Notes: generated by a model not told the origin, from the sequence alone. 64,000 bases of DNA from Sphingobacteriia bacterium (GCA_021151535.1 JAGKXC010000001.1:14601-78600); one strand, 5' to 3'; shown: positions 20,517 to 31,259, counted from the first letter of the stretch. Translations and numbers: made by a program.

Positions 20517-22316
20517 CTAGAAATTACTGCTTATTGTAAATCTAACACCGCTGAAAGCAGGCTCAACACGACAAATACCACCAGAACAGTTTACACCCTG
20601 TTGTTGCTTTAGGTAACTCAATGTAAACACAGTGTTCTTCTCAATATACCCGATAAAGAATGTAGGATAATGCAACACCCTATCAGCAATTACGCCCTTC
20701 ATTACATCATATCGATGTGGTTGTACATTCACCATATCACCAACCGCAACACTTAAGTTCTTTTTGATATAAAATTCCACCATCATATTGGCGAAGGAAC
20801 CCTGATCTTTCGGTGTGTTTAAATATTGAGCCTCAATTCTTAAGCTTCTACCTTCTTCCATTCTGTGAAGCCATTCAAAAAATGGTGTGATCGTCTTAAC
20901 AACTTGGTATTCAGGCTCTTGCTCGTATCTTGCTTGGTTATAATAAACCCTCTGAATACCCCATTTAATTTTATCATGTTGAGCCGTAGTATGCAAAAAC
21001 TCCAAATACATTTCATGATAAAGTTTCTCTGCTTGCATCACGCCAGCTGCATTCATCTTGCCATTACTCGCCAAACTTTGTACATAACTACCATTAGCGG
21101 TAATTTGCAGCCCTTTCATCGGTTTAATCTCTAACTCAGCTTGCAATCCATCTTCGCCCAATGCTTGACCAGGAGCATTGTAACGAGCCAATAAACGATA
21201 TGTGTTCTGCCTAGTTAATGAAGGCAAATAAGAAATCAATCCATTCAACAAAGTTTCTGTGGGCGATGTTCTAAATGAAAACTGGTCTACGTGCCTAGCT
21301 TGTACATTGATTCCAATAGACGCCTGTCTTGACTTCTCCCATGCCTTTCTTTCCTTAGCAGACATTTCCCTTTCAACTCCGCCTTCTGTCACTTTCGGTG
21401 CGTTTTCGGTACTCAACCACTTTATACCGCTTTTCCCCCAACTCAAAGAAGAATAAAGCACCTTACCAGGCTTTAAAACATACTTGTTTTCAAATCCCAA
21501 AACAGCCTCCGGCGTTTTGTAATTACCCTCAACATTCCAAGAAAAATCGCCAATACTGTATGTGAAATAACCATTAAATCCATAAACATTGTATTTCGGA
21601 TAAAAACGTTCAGCCAAATCATATCCATTGATATTGCTAACCAAAATATCCATTGTGGCCCTATCCAAAGTTCTGTTCACAGCAGATGCTCCCACTTGTA
21701 CATCGCCAAATTTCGCCCCCTTCCCCAAATCAAATCCGCCCTCTAAATTCAATCCACTCATCACTTGCTTGCTATATCCAAAACGGTTCTTAATGTTTCC
21801 TTTTTGATTTCCTGCAAATCCTTTTAACGTCCAACGATCACCCAACTTATACTTCAATCGAATTCCTTGCATGGCATAATCAATGCCAATCATACGCTGT
21901 TCGTAACTCCTAAATAAAATACCCGATCCAAATTGATCATAAAATGAACCTACAGTAATATCCAATCTATCAATCACTTTATTGGCTTGCCAAAATCCAA
22001 TGCCATGATCTGTATAAGCATCCTGAGGATCCAACAAAGGACTGTTATTAAAAGCATCATATCGCATAATAAACTGATAACCCTTAATCCTATATTGCAT
22101 GAATAACCACGCGTCTGCACTCGCCCTATTTTCACGATATACCTTGGTACTAGCACCTATACTATCATCGCGCAAATATTTTTGATAGTTCATTAATAAG
22201 TTACCACTAAACTGACCCTTTTCCTCTGAATTACTAGTAGTTTGAGCTCGCGCACCAGCAATAATTGCCGTAAGCATTACAATCGAAAGCAATTGACGAA
22301 TATTCATCTCCTGCAA
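20517..22316 (-). CDS. outer-membrane beta-barrel protein of unknown function (putative porin-like)
   Basis: Signal peptide [23 protein letters not shown]. Alternating amphipathic beta-strand pattern and C-terminal ...FTISSNF aromatic terminus. Confidence 0.45.
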   Translation of the reverse strand: MQEMNIRQLLSIVMLTAIIAGARAQTTSNSEEKGQFSGNLLMNYQKYLRDDSIGASTKVYRENRASADAWLFMQYRIKGYQFIMRYDAFNNSPLLDPQDAYTDHGIGFWQANKVIDRLDITVGSFYDQFGSGILFRSYEQRMIGIDYAMQGIRLKYKLGDRWTLKGFAGNQKGNIKNRFGYSKQVMSGLNLEGGFDLGKGAKFGDVQVGASAVNRTLDRATMDILVSNINGYDLAERFYPKYNVYGFNGYFTYSIGDFSWNVEGNYKTPEAVLGFENKYVLKPGKVLYSSLSWGKSGIKWLSTENAPKVTEGGVEREMSAKERKAWEKSRQASIGINVQARHVDQFSFRTSPTETLLNGLISYLPSLTRQNTYRLLARYNAPGQALGEDGLQAELEIKPMKGLQITANGSYVQSLASNGKMNAAGVMQAEKLYHEMYLEFLHTTAQHDKIKWGIQRVYYNQARYEQEPEYQVVKTITPFFEWLHRMEEGRSLRIEAQYLNTPKDQGSFANMMVEFYIKKNLSVAVGDMVNVQPHRYDVMKGVIADRVLHYPTFFIGYIEKNTVFTLSYLKQQQGVNCSGGICRVEPAFSGVRFTISSNF

Positions 22317-22333
22317 AGAAACAAAAAACCCCG

Positions 22334-22341
22334 TATTTTTG
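22334..22341 (+). promoter_or_regulatory. candidate -7 element TATTTTTG for miaB
   Basis: TAnnTTTG 10 nt upstream of ATG 22352. Confidence 0.3.
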
Positions 22342-22351
22342 TAGTTCTATT

Positions 22352-23758
22352 ATGGCAGAAGTATCAAATACACCCTCATCATCTAGAAAAATGTACATCG
22401 AAAGCTATGGTTGTGCAATGAATTTTTCTGATTCTGAAATCATCGCCTCTATCATGAGCGAACATGGTTTCACTGCCACCAAAGATGAATTGGATGCAGA
22501 TGTTATCTTCCTCAATACTTGCGCAATCAGAGACAATGCCGAACAGAGAATTCGCGAAAGATTAAAACAACTTCGTTCCAATAAAAGACAAAATTCCGAC
22601 CTAATCATCGGCGTTTTGGGCTGTATGGCAGAACGTTTAAAAGATAAATTACTTGAAGAAGAAAAACTTGTAGACGTAGTTGCAGGACCCGATTCATACA
22701 GAGAATTACCCAAATTAGTAGCCGAAGTAGATGAAGGTGGCCGGGCGATTAATGTTCTACTTTCTAGAGAAGAAACCTACGGTGATTTAAATCCAGTTAG
22801 ACTAAATTCCAACGGAGTTACCGCCTTCATTTCTATCATGAGAGGCTGCGATAACATGTGTAGCTTCTGCGTTGTACCATTCACTCGTGGAAGAGAACGC
22901 TCAAGAGATCCGCAATCCATTGTAAAAGAAGCAGTAGACCTACAAAATGCTGGATATAAAGAAATTACACTATTAGGCCAAAATGTAAACTCATATTTGT
23001 GGTTTGGGGGCGGGGCGAAAAAGGATTTTAAATCACTTACTGATGAAGAAAAAGCTTCTTCGGTTGATTTCGCCGATTTACTAGAACTTTGCGCTAATGC
23101 AGTTCCGAACTTGCGCATTCGATATAGCACATCACACCCAAGAGACATTAACGAAAAAGTTGTTAGGGTAATGGCTCAATATCCAAACTTGTGCAATTAT
23201 ATTCACCTACCTGCTCAGTCCGGAAATACAAGAGTATTGGATATCATGAGCAGAAATTACACCAGAGAATGGTACATGGATAAAATTACCATGATCCGAT
23301 CAATCATTCCAGATTGTGGTATTTCTTGCGATATCATCGCCGGATTCTGCACAGAAACTGAAGAAGAACATAAAGACACGCTTACACTTATTGAAGAATG
23401 CAAATTCGACTTTAGTTACATGTACAAATACAGCGAAAGGCCCGGAACTCCTGCAGCCAAAAAACTAACAGATGATATCCCAGAAGATGTAAAAGGTAGA
23501 CGTTTGGCAGAAATTATCACTGTACAAAACAGAGTCTCAAAAGAAAACAACCAAGCCTACATTGGCAAAACTGTGAAAGTTCTAGTTGAAGCAGCGAGTA
23601 AAAAAAGTAAAAATGATTGGATGGGCAGAAACGATCAAAATATCGTAACAGTATTCCCATGTGAACATTATCAAAAAGGCGACTTGGTTGAAGTACTAAT
23701 CGAAAGAATCACAACCACTACCTTAATCGGTAAGGCAATAGGAAAAACAACCATTTAA
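22352..23758 (+). CDS. miaB: tRNA-2-methylthio-N6-dimethylallyladenosine synthase (radical SAM methylthiotransferase)
   Basis: MTTase N-terminal Cys triad ([10 protein letters not shown]...FLNTCAIR...LGCMA), radical [14 protein letters not shown], and C-terminal TRAM domain. Confidence 0.85.
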   Translation: MAEVSNTPSSSRKMYIESYGCAMNFSDSEIIASIMSEHGFTATKDELDADVIFLNTCAIRDNAEQRIRERLKQLRSNKRQNSDLIIGVLGCMAERLKDKLLEEEKLVDVVAGPDSYRELPKLVAEVDEGGRAINVLLSREETYGDLNPVRLNSNGVTAFISIMRGCDNMCSFCVVPFTRGRERSRDPQSIVKEAVDLQNAGYKEITLLGQNVNSYLWFGGGAKKDFKSLTDEEKASSVDFADLLELCANAVPNLRIRYSTSHPRDINEKVVRVMAQYPNLCNYIHLPAQSGNTRVLDIMSRNYTREWYMDKITMIRSIIPDCGISCDIIAGFCTETEEEHKDTLTLIEECKFDFSYMYKYSERPGTPAAKKLTDDIPEDVKGRRLAEIITVQNRVSKENNQAYIGKTVKVLVEAASKKSKNDWMGRNDQNIVTVFPCEHYQKGDLVEVLIERITTTTLIGKAIGKTTI

Positions 23759-23793
23759 GATGGTTGTTCAAAATACTGTCGCTACAAAAAATC

Positions 23794-24759
23794 TTATTTT
23801 TTTGCCGAATACATTGGCTTCAAATTAGCCAACATATCTGCTGTCATTGAATCCAAATCGTATGCAGGTTTCCAACCCCAATCTTCTTGGGCTCTTGAAT
23901 CATCAATTACAGCTGGCCAACTATCTGCTATCGCCTGGCGATAATCTGGCTCATAAGATATCGTAAAACCATCCACTTGCTTTTCAATGGCAGCCGCAAT
24001 TTCTTCTGGTGCAAAACTCATTCCAGCCAAATTATAACTGGTTCTGATTTTAATTTGTTCTGCCGGAGCATGCATGATATCCAATGTTGCCTTAAGTGCA
24101 TCAGGCATATAAAGCATAGGCAAGGTAGTCCCAGGCTTCAAGAAACAATCGTGATGACCTTTGGTTAATGCATCGTGGTAAATAGCTACAGCATAATCAG
24201 TAGTTCCACCTCCAGGAGCACTCTTATAACCAATTAAACCTGGATACCTTAAACTGCGGGTATCAATTCCCCAACGATTATAATAATACTGAGTATATAA
24301 TTCTCCTGCCAATTTGGAAATACCATAAATAGTTGTTGGATCCATAGTTCCATACTGAGGCGTATTAAATCTTTCAGTATTTGGCCCAAATGCCGCAATA
24401 CTAGAAGGCCAATAAATTTTATGGATAATTCCTGTATCTCTTGCTGCATTTAACACATGGAACAATCCCTCCATATTCAACTTCCAACCAAATTCTGGAT
24501 TCTTCTCAGCAGTTGCACTCAAAAGTGCAGCAAGATGATAAACTTGTGTTGGCTTATATTTATTGATTATCTCACCCAATCGGTTAACATCCAAAATATC
24601 TAAATCTTCAAAAATCCCAGTAGAAAAAACTTCATGCTCAGATTTTTTGATATCACTGGCAATTACATTTCCTTCACCATAAATCCCTCTTAAAGAATCA
24701 ACTAACTCTGTGCCCAACTGTCCGCAAGCACCAATCACCAAAACTTTTTCGTTCGTCAT
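23794..24759 (-). CDS. NAD-dependent epimerase/dehydratase family protein, likely L-threonine 3-dehydrogenase-like
   Basis: Rossmann motif VLVIGACGQLGTEL and catalytic YxxxK (YGISKLA). Start taken at MTNEK; the 13-codon upstream extension is unsupported. Confidence 0.6.
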   Translation of the reverse strand: MTNEKVLVIGACGQLGTELVDSLRGIYGEGNVIASDIKKSEHEVFSTGIFEDLDILDVNRLGEIINKYKPTQVYHLAALLSATAEKNPEFGWKLNMEGLFHVLNAARDTGIIHKIYWPSSIAAFGPNTERFNTPQYGTMDPTTIYGISKLAGELYTQYYYNRWGIDTRSLRYPGLIGYKSAPGGGTTDYAVAIYHDALTKGHHDCFLKPGTTLPMLYMPDALKATLDIMHAPAEQIKIRTSYNLAGMSFAPEEIAAAIEKQVDGFTISYEPDYRQAIADSWPAVIDDSRAQEDWGWKPAYDLDSMTADMLANLKPMYSAKK

Positions 24760-24865
24760 ATCAATCGCAAATTTTGCGGAGTAATTCCATATTACCAAAC
24801 AGAATTATTCGTTTCGATGAAATAAGTGCATTTTTTTTGAATTTATTAAGCAACTTTGCTGTATC

Positions 24866-25894
24866 GTGTTAGCATCAACCCAAAATAATATTATTCACTT
24901 CGGCGTTGTAGGTCACGGACATATTGGCAAGCGCCATGCCCATCTAATTCAACAAAATCAACATTGTAAACTACTGGGCATTTGTGACAATAATCCAAAC
25001 CAACTAATTGATATACAAAAAGATATTTCCACTTTCGACACGCTTGAAAAATTGATTTTTTCCAAACCAGAAATTGATATTATCTCTATTGCAACTCCAA
25101 ACGGATTACACGCAGAACATGCAATTTTTGCCCTTGAGAATAAAAAACATGTGGTAATTGAAAAACCCATGGCACTTTCTAGTTTAGAATGCGACAACAT
25201 TATTAATGCTGCTGAAAAGCATAACAAGAAAATCTTTTGTGTTATGCAAAATCGATTTTCACCAACCGCCCAATGGCTTAAACAAACCATTGAAAACAAA
25301 CACTTAGGTGAAATTTATCAAGTAATTGTACAATGCTATTGGAACAGAGACCACAGATACTATACCCCAAATCATTGGCACGGAACTAAGCATCTTGACG
25401 GTGGAGTTTTATTTACACAATTTTCTCATTTCATAGACATGATTTACTGGCTATTTGGCGATTTATCCCTTACTTATAGTGCGCAACATAATTTCAATCA
25501 CCATTCAATAACCGAATTCCCAGACTCAGGAATGTTCAATTTCTCCTTTCAGAAAAATGGGAAAGGCACATTTATTTACTCAACTTCACTATTTCAAGAA
25601 AATTTTGAAAGTAGTATTACAATCATTGGCGAAAAAGGCACGGTTAAAGTAGGTGGACAGTACATGAATGAAATCAGTTATTGTAATATTGAAAATCATC
25701 CAAAACCAGTTTTACCTGAATCGCCAGCTCCCAATAATTATGGTGCATACCAAGGATCTGCCGCAAACCACTCATTTGTATTTCAAGAAGTTATAAATAC
25801 ATTATTAGAAAATAAACCCATTTTTACTACAGCTTCAGACGGTAAGAAAGTTGTAGAAATTATTGAATCAGCAAACCTAAATTCAAGTTATTGA
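24866..25894 (+). CDS. Gfo/Idh/MocA family oxidoreductase
   Basis: N-terminal NAD(P)-binding motif HFGVVGHGHIGKRH and EKP motif (VVIEKPMAL). Confidence 0.75.
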   Translation: MLASTQNNIIHFGVVGHGHIGKRHAHLIQQNQHCKLLGICDNNPNQLIDIQKDISTFDTLEKLIFSKPEIDIISIATPNGLHAEHAIFALENKKHVVIEKPMALSSLECDNIINAAEKHNKKIFCVMQNRFSPTAQWLKQTIENKHLGEIYQVIVQCYWNRDHRYYTPNHWHGTKHLDGGVLFTQFSHFIDMIYWLFGDLSLTYSAQHNFNHHSITEFPDSGMFNFSFQKNGKGTFIYSTSLFQENFESSITIIGEKGTVKVGGQYMNEISYCNIENHPKPVLPESPAPNNYGAYQGSAANHSFVFQEVINTLLENKPIFTTASDGKKVVEIIESANLNSSY

Positions 25895-25998
25895 TTTTCA
25901 CCATATTGTAGAAAAAAATATTTTTCAAACTTTTTTGGGGGGAATCGGTTTTTCTAGTGTAATAACCAAGATTTTACCTTTCCGGAAAAAGGCAAATT

Positions 25999-27060
25999 AT
26001 GAAAGAACAATTGGAATCTAATTTACTAACCAAGTACGCAGCTGGATTAATGACCCCTGAAGAGTTGAGAAAACTTGAAGAGTGGTTAAAGAAAAACCCA
26101 CAGTACGTGCCAACTTTGGCAATCATTCAAAAACAAGTTTCCGCCATGCTTCAACCTTCTAATCTTAACTTTTAAACCATGAGCAGCGATTTACACAATG
26201 ATCCAGAATTCAAAGAAATTTGGGATCTAGCCAGCAATTATCAATATAAATTCGACAGCCAAAATGATTTGGCTTTTAATAAATTTATGGCCGAAAATAA
26301 CAAACCTACATTGAAAGTTGAAAAAAACTATTCGAAGTGGTTAAGCGTTGCTGCAGCGGCGATTTTGCTTTTGGCCAGTGTTGTTGTTATTTCCAAATAC
26401 AACAAATCTGAAACCCTCCTTTCTTGCGGAAATAATCAAGTAGTCAACAATATTCAAACTTTAACCTTAGAAGACGGCACTGTAATTACTCTTAATAACA
26501 ATGCTAAAATCAAGTGGGAACTTTACGACAAATCCAGAAAAGTTAGTCTAGTAGGTAGAGCGCATTTTGAAGTTGCAAAAGATGCGAACAGACCATTTAC
26601 AATAAATACCAATCAAACCCAAGTAACTGTTTTAGGCACTGGCTTTGATGTTGTTGGTTACCCAAATAAACCAACTGAGGTAATTGTGAATCATGGCAAA
26701 GTTGAAGTAGCAAGTATAGTAAATAACAAAAAAGCAGCCACCTCTATTTTAACCAAAAACATGAAAGCCATGGTGAATAGCAATGAAATAAGTGTAAATA
26801 AAAATTATAACGCAGAAGCAATCTCTTGGGCAACCGGCGAAATCAAATTCAACGGCACTCCGTATAACGATGTAATTTCTGCACTTGAAGAATATTATCA
26901 AGTTGAAATTGAAAATATTCCAGTTCCAAATTCTCAAATCGGCTTAATTATCGGAAACCCAAAATTTACAGGCAAATTCAATAAAGAAACAGACGCCGCA
27001 ATGGCTTGTAAAATCGTTTCAAAAGCACTTAATCTGAATTTGGAAATTCAACAAAACTAA
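25999..27060 (+). pseudogene. FecR-family transmembrane anti-sigma factor interrupted by a single in-frame TAA (26173-26175). Either a disrupted gene or read-through, and possibly a sequencing error.
   Basis: ORF 25999..26175 (59 aa, below the track threshold): MKEQLESNLLTKYAAGLMTPEELRKLEEWLKKNPQYVPTLAIIQKQVSAMLQPSNLNF* carries the canonical FecR N-terminal (TPEE...WL) motif. ORF 26179..27060 continues in the same reading frame with a TM helix and FecR domain. Confidence 0.55.
26179..27060 (+). CDS. FecR-domain protein (TM helix + periplasmic FecR domain); C-terminal portion of the interrupted anti-sigma factor
   Basis: WLSVAAAAILLLASVVVISKY TM helix, then LEDGTVITLNNNAKIKWE...VSLVGRAHFEVAKDANRPFTINTNQTQVTVLGTGFDVV, typical of FecR (PF04773). 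Confidence 0.7.
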   Translation: MSSDLHNDPEFKEIWDLASNYQYKFDSQNDLAFNKFMAENNKPTLKVEKNYSKWLSVAAAAILLLASVVVISKYNKSETLLSCGNNQVVNNIQTLTLEDGTVITLNNNAKIKWELYDKSRKVSLVGRAHFEVAKDANRPFTINTNQTQVTVLGTGFDVVGYPNKPTEVIVNHGKVEVASIVNNKKAATSILTKNMKAMVNSNEISVNKNYNAEAISWATGEIKFNGTPYNDVISALEEYYQVEIENIPVPNSQIGLIIGNPKFTGKFNKETDAAMACKIVSKALNLNLEIQQN

Positions 27061-27116
27061 TTTTATTAAGATTTTTGCATTCCTAATGCAAAAACTTATA
27101 TCAAATTTATCAAAAT

Positions 27117-27150
27117 AAACCCACGTTAAACAACATTTGGCGTGGGTTTT
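27117..27150 (+). terminator. candidate terminator hairpin after the FecR gene. An AT-rich hairpin TTTTTGCATTcctaATGCAAAAA lies just upstream at ~27072-27094.
   Basis: AAACCCACG-(15 nt loop)-CGTGGGTTT 9-bp stem followed by a T-rich stretch. Confidence 0.4.
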
Positions 27151-27190
27151 GCGTCTTATTCATGCCCTTAAAACATTAACTTAATTTCGA

Positions 27191-27198
27191 TAACTTTG
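27191..27198 (+). promoter_or_regulatory. candidate -7 element TAACTTTG upstream of the T9SS cargo gene
   Basis: TAnnTTTG 18 nt upstream of ATG 27217. Confidence 0.3.
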
Positions 27199-27216
27199 TT
27201 AAAGGATTAACCCATC

Positions 27217-30200
27217 ATGAAAAGAATTCTATTGATATTATTACTGCTTTGTAATGCATACGATGCATTCGGGCAAAATGAATCAATAGACAATTTCTTT
27301 ATTCCCAATAAAAATCAATGGGGAGAAAACGATCCATCAATCGCAAGAGTTGAAATTCCTCAAGGAATGATTTACATCCATTCCAATAAATTGAGATTTT
27401 ATTTAACCAATCCTGAAGATGCTCACAAAAAACATCTTTCTCACCATTTCAAAGGAAAAGATACCCAATTTACTGTACAGCATGAAGTTTTTGATATATT
27501 CTTCGGTGATTCTACATCAGAATCAAACCGTTTTCAATTTCAAAATTTTGCTCCATTCTATTATAACTTTTTCCTTTCTAATAACCCCAAAAACCAAATT
27601 ACTAAGCTTTATCCCTGTCGTGAATTAATTATCCTAAATGTTTATCCTCAAATTGATGTTAAACTCTACTTTAACAACCAAAAATTAGAATTAGATTGGA
27701 TTTTGAAAAAAGGGGCAAATCCAAACCACATTAATATCTCCATTCCCAAGGAAATAAAATCACAACTCATCAATAATAACATTGAGATTACATCGCATTT
27801 TAGCCAATTTATAATTCAAAAACCCATCGCATACCAATCAAAAAAATCATTCAAATCCATAAACTGCCGATACGTAAAACAAAAAAACAATTTGTATGGA
27901 TTTAAAATTGGCTCTTACGATACCACCCAAAACCTAATTATAGATCCAATTCTGGTTTTCTCCACTTATAGTGGCTCAAAAGCAGATAATTTTGGATTCA
28001 CCGCCACTTACGATACGTCTGGCTGCTTATATGCCGGTGGTATTGTAGATGCGTCAACCAGAACTTATCCAGTAACTACTGGCGCATTCCAAACAACCTA
28101 TGGTGGTTCTGGAGCCGGTAATCCACCCGTAGGTCTGGCTTGTGATATTTCAATTTCTAAATATTCCCCTGATGGGCTAACGTTACTTTACGCCACATAC
28201 TTAGGTGGATCAGACGATGAATACCCCCATAGCCTAATCGTAAATCCAAAAAATCAATTGGTGATTTTTGGCACTACTTTGTCCTTAGATTTTCCAATAA
28301 AATCCGATACTACTTACCAAAAAACTCATAGCGGTGATTATGATATCTTCATTGATATCCTTAGCCAAGATGGCTCCAAATTGATAGCCGGCACATTCAT
28401 GGGTGGTAACGATGTAGACGGATTCCAAAGTGATAATTTCTCTAGCGAACTTATTTACAATTATGCCGATAATTATCGGGGCGATATAGCAACAGACCAA
28501 TTCGGTAATATTTATATCGCAACTTGCACCAGAAGTACCGATTTCCCCGTTTCACCAGGAGCTTACCAAAAAAAAATATCTGGTGAAACTGATGCCGTTG
28601 TTTTTAGTCTTTCTCCTAACCTTAGAACTTTGCGATGGGCTAGCCTTTATGGTGGCTTATTAGATGATGCCGCCTATTCCATTAAAATTGATGATTCCTC
28701 TAGAGTTTTCGTTGGTGGAGGTACACGATCAGCCAATTTCCCAATTCAAGGTAATACATACCAGAAAACAGCAAGTAGCAATAATGTAGACGGATTTATT
28801 ATTCGCATAGACCAAAACACTGGAGCATACCAGCTTGGAACCTACTGGGGTACATCAATGTACGACCAAATCTATTTTATCGATTTAGACGCAAATAATA
28901 ACGTTTATTTTACAGGTCAAACCGAAGGTTCAGTTAACAGAACTATTGGTACATACGGGAAAGACAATACTTCCCAATTTATTGGTAAATTCAATCTCAA
29001 TCTTTCTAAGATTGAATTCATAACAACATTTGGTTATAGAACCAACGGTATTCCCGAATTATCTCCTTCCGCTTTCATGGTAGATGAATGCTATAACATT
29101 TATTTCAGTGGCTGGGGTTGTGATATCGGTGTTGGAAATGCAGGTACTACTTTTAACCTCCCCGTAACCGCAGATGCTCACCAAAAAACAACGGATAGAA
29201 ATGATTTTTACCTCATCGTTTTAGGCAAAAATGCCAACAACCTTAAATATGCCTCCTATTTTGGTGGAAATAAATCAGAAGATCATGTAGATGGAGGAAC
29301 TTCAAGATTCGATAATCGTGGAATTATTTACCAAAGTGTTTGTGCCAGCTGCCCAAATAGACCCCCTGGCCTAAACGATTTCCCAACCTCTCCCGCAAAT
29401 GTAGCCTTCAAAAATAACGTAAGTATACGTTGCTCAAATGCTAGTTTTAAACTCGATTTTCGCCTGGGTTACAGCATCGATGCACTTTTTGCTTCTACTC
29501 CAAAACGCTTCTGCCTAGAATCACCCGTTAACTTCCAACCCTTTAGGTTCTTCCCAAAAGCAACCTATACATGGTATTTCGGCGATGGAGATTCGAGTAA
29601 TTCCTACGCTCCTACACACACATACAAAGACACAGGTAAATTTATCGTTAAACTAATAGTTGTTGATTCCTTAAGTTGTAACGCAAGAGCAGTTTATCAA
29701 GATACAATTCAAGGATTTCCTAATCCTATCGCCAAATTAAAATATACAGACGAACCCTGCGAACCAGGAATCAAGCTTCAAGCAACCACTAAATATGCCG
29801 ATTCGATTACGTGGATTCTCGATTATCAGCATGATACCATTACCAAATCCTCCTCCACAACCGAAATAAATTATCAATATCCATTGGGCGTATATTGGCC
29901 AAAAATTATTACTAAAAACAATCAATCAGGCTGTAAAAGTATAGATAGTATAGAACTCCATGCCAATACAGATAGTACCTTAGACGTTTTAATTGCCAAT
30001 GTATTTACCCCTAATAATGATGGGAAAAACGACTGCTTTAGAATTTTTGGCATTTCCAATAAATGCGATGAAGCTGAAGTATTTATCTTCAATAGGTGGG
30101 GAGAAAGAATCTATTACAGCAAAGATCTTGATAATTGCTGGAACGGAAAGGTAAATAACATAGGTCCCGAATTGCCATCCGGAACCTATTTTTATCAGTT

Positions 30201-30270
30201 ACACTTAATCAAAACCAGGAATGCCAAACTACCAGAATGGCTTGAAGGTACAATTAATTTATTGCGATAA
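27217..30270 (+). CDS. large secreted T9SS cargo protein: signal peptide, SBBP beta-propeller repeats, PKD domain, type-B (gliding-motility-associated) C-terminal sorting domain
   Basis: Signal peptide MKRILLILLLLCNAYDAFGQ. Repeated DxxGNIY.../FP.T.GAYQ SBBP-like units (e.g. DQFGNIYIATCTRSTDFPVSPGAYQKKISG). PKD signature YTWYFGDGDSSNSYAPTHTYKDTGKFIVKLIV. C-terminal NVFTPNNDGKNDCFRIFG...FNRWGERIY...SGTYFYQLHL, the T9SS type-B CTD. Confidence 0.75.
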   Translation: MKRILLILLLLCNAYDAFGQNESIDNFFIPNKNQWGENDPSIARVEIPQGMIYIHSNKLRFYLTNPEDAHKKHLSHHFKGKDTQFTVQHEVFDIFFGDSTSESNRFQFQNFAPFYYNFFLSNNPKNQITKLYPCRELIILNVYPQIDVKLYFNNQKLELDWILKKGANPNHINISIPKEIKSQLINNNIEITSHFSQFIIQKPIAYQSKKSFKSINCRYVKQKNNLYGFKIGSYDTTQNLIIDPILVFSTYSGSKADNFGFTATYDTSGCLYAGGIVDASTRTYPVTTGAFQTTYGGSGAGNPPVGLACDISISKYSPDGLTLLYATYLGGSDDEYPHSLIVNPKNQLVIFGTTLSLDFPIKSDTTYQKTHSGDYDIFIDILSQDGSKLIAGTFMGGNDVDGFQSDNFSSELIYNYADNYRGDIATDQFGNIYIATCTRSTDFPVSPGAYQKKISGETDAVVFSLSPNLRTLRWASLYGGLLDDAAYSIKIDDSSRVFVGGGTRSANFPIQGNTYQKTASSNNVDGFIIRIDQNTGAYQLGTYWGTSMYDQIYFIDLDANNNVYFTGQTEGSVNRTIGTYGKDNTSQFIGKFNLNLSKIEFITTFGYRTNGIPELSPSAFMVDECYNIYFSGWGCDIGVGNAGTTFNLPVTADAHQKTTDRNDFYLIVLGKNANNLKYASYFGGNKSEDHVDGGTSRFDNRGIIYQSVCASCPNRPPGLNDFPTSPANVAFKNNVSIRCSNASFKLDFRLGYSIDALFASTPKRFCLESPVNFQPFRFFPKATYTWYFGDGDSSNSYAPTHTYKDTGKFIVKLIVVDSLSCNARAVYQDTIQGFPNPIAKLKYTDEPCEPGIKLQATTKYADSITWILDYQHDTITKSSSTTEINYQYPLGVYWPKIITKNNQSGCKSIDSIELHANTDSTLDVLIANVFTPNNDGKNDCFRIFGISNKCDEAEVFIFNRWGERIYYSKDLDNCWNGKVNNIGPELPSGTYFYQLHLIKTRNAKLPEWLEGTINLLR

Positions 30271-30272
30271 AT

Positions 30273-31157
30273 TTATCCTATACTGCTAACTTCTACATCT
30301 CCACAAATCTTCTTCACTAAACCTTGTAATACTTTACCAGGACCTACTTCTGTAAACACGGTTGCACCATCATTACTCATTGCCAAAACACTTTGGGTCC
30401 ATTTTACAGGTGCAGTTAATTGCGCAACCAAATTCTTCTTAATCTCCATCGGATTAGTTACTGCTGAAGCAGTAACATTTTGGTAGATCGCACAAGTTGG
30501 AACCCTAAACTCAGTTGCCTCAATAGCAGTTGCCAATTTCTCCCTGGCAGGCTCCATCAACGGACTATGAAAAGCACCTCCAACAGGTAAAATTAAAGCT
30601 CTTTTTGCACCAGCTATCTTCATTGCCTCACATGTCAATTCAACAGCAGAATATTCACCCGAAATTACCAATTGGCCAGGGCAATTATAATTGGCTGGAA
30701 CAACAATTCCTCCTTGCTCTCCGCAAACCTTTTCTACAACAGAATCTTCTAAACCTAATACTGCTGCCATTGTGCCCTTCGCTAATTCACAAGCTTCTTG
30801 CATTGCCATTGCACGTTGATATACCAACTTTAATCCATCTTCAAATGAAATAGCACCTGCGGCAACCAATGCGCTAAACTCACCCAAACTATGGCCAGCA
30901 ACCATATCAGCTTGCATCTCATCACCCATCTCCTTTGCTCTGATTACTGAATGCAAGAAAATAGAAGGCTGAGTTACGTTTGTTGCACGCAAATCCTCCT
31001 CTGTACCGTTAAACATCAAATCAGTTATTCTAAATCCCAAAATTTCATTTGCGGCTTCGAATAAGGCTTTTGCAGTTGAGCTATTATCATACAACTCCTT
31101 GGCCATTCCAGGGAACTGACTTCCCTGTCCTGGGAAAACATAGGCTTTCTTTGTCAT
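30273..31157 (-). CDS. fabD: ACP S-malonyltransferase
   Basis: MTKKAYVFPGQGSQFPGM...GHSLGEFSALVAAGA (GHSLG active-site Ser). Confidence 0.85.
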   Translation of the reverse strand: MTKKAYVFPGQGSQFPGMAKELYDNSSTAKALFEAANEILGFRITDLMFNGTEEDLRATNVTQPSIFLHSVIRAKEMGDEMQADMVAGHSLGEFSALVAAGAISFEDGLKLVYQRAMAMQEACELAKGTMAAVLGLEDSVVEKVCGEQGGIVVPANYNCPGQLVISGEYSAVELTCEAMKIAGAKRALILPVGGAFHSPLMEPAREKLATAIEATEFRVPTCAIYQNVTASAVTNPMEIKKNLVAQLTAPVKWTQSVLAMSNDGATVFTEVGPGKVLQGLVKKICGDVEVSSIG

Positions 31158-31173
31158 GGTGCACAAAATTAAC

Positions 31174-31204
31174 CATAAAAAAAGCCAACTTTTTCAGTTG
31201 GCTT
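31174..31204 (-). terminator. Rho-independent terminator downstream of the isc operon (minus strand)
   Basis: AAGCCAACT-ttttc-AGTTGGCTT 9-bp stem; on the minus strand followed by TTTTTTTTAT. Confidence 0.5.
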
Positions 31205-31259
31205 CCACAGTTTTAAAAGTGTATAATTATCATGGCAATAATGCCAAAATACAAAATCT

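Noticed and set aside
25895-25998. ECF sigma factor gene expected upstream of the FecR-like gene
   Set aside because: Only 104 nt of non-coding sequence separates the oxidoreductase from the FecR N-terminal ORF, and no sigma-70 region 2/4 motifs occur in any frame. The anti-sigma factor is therefore called an orphan.
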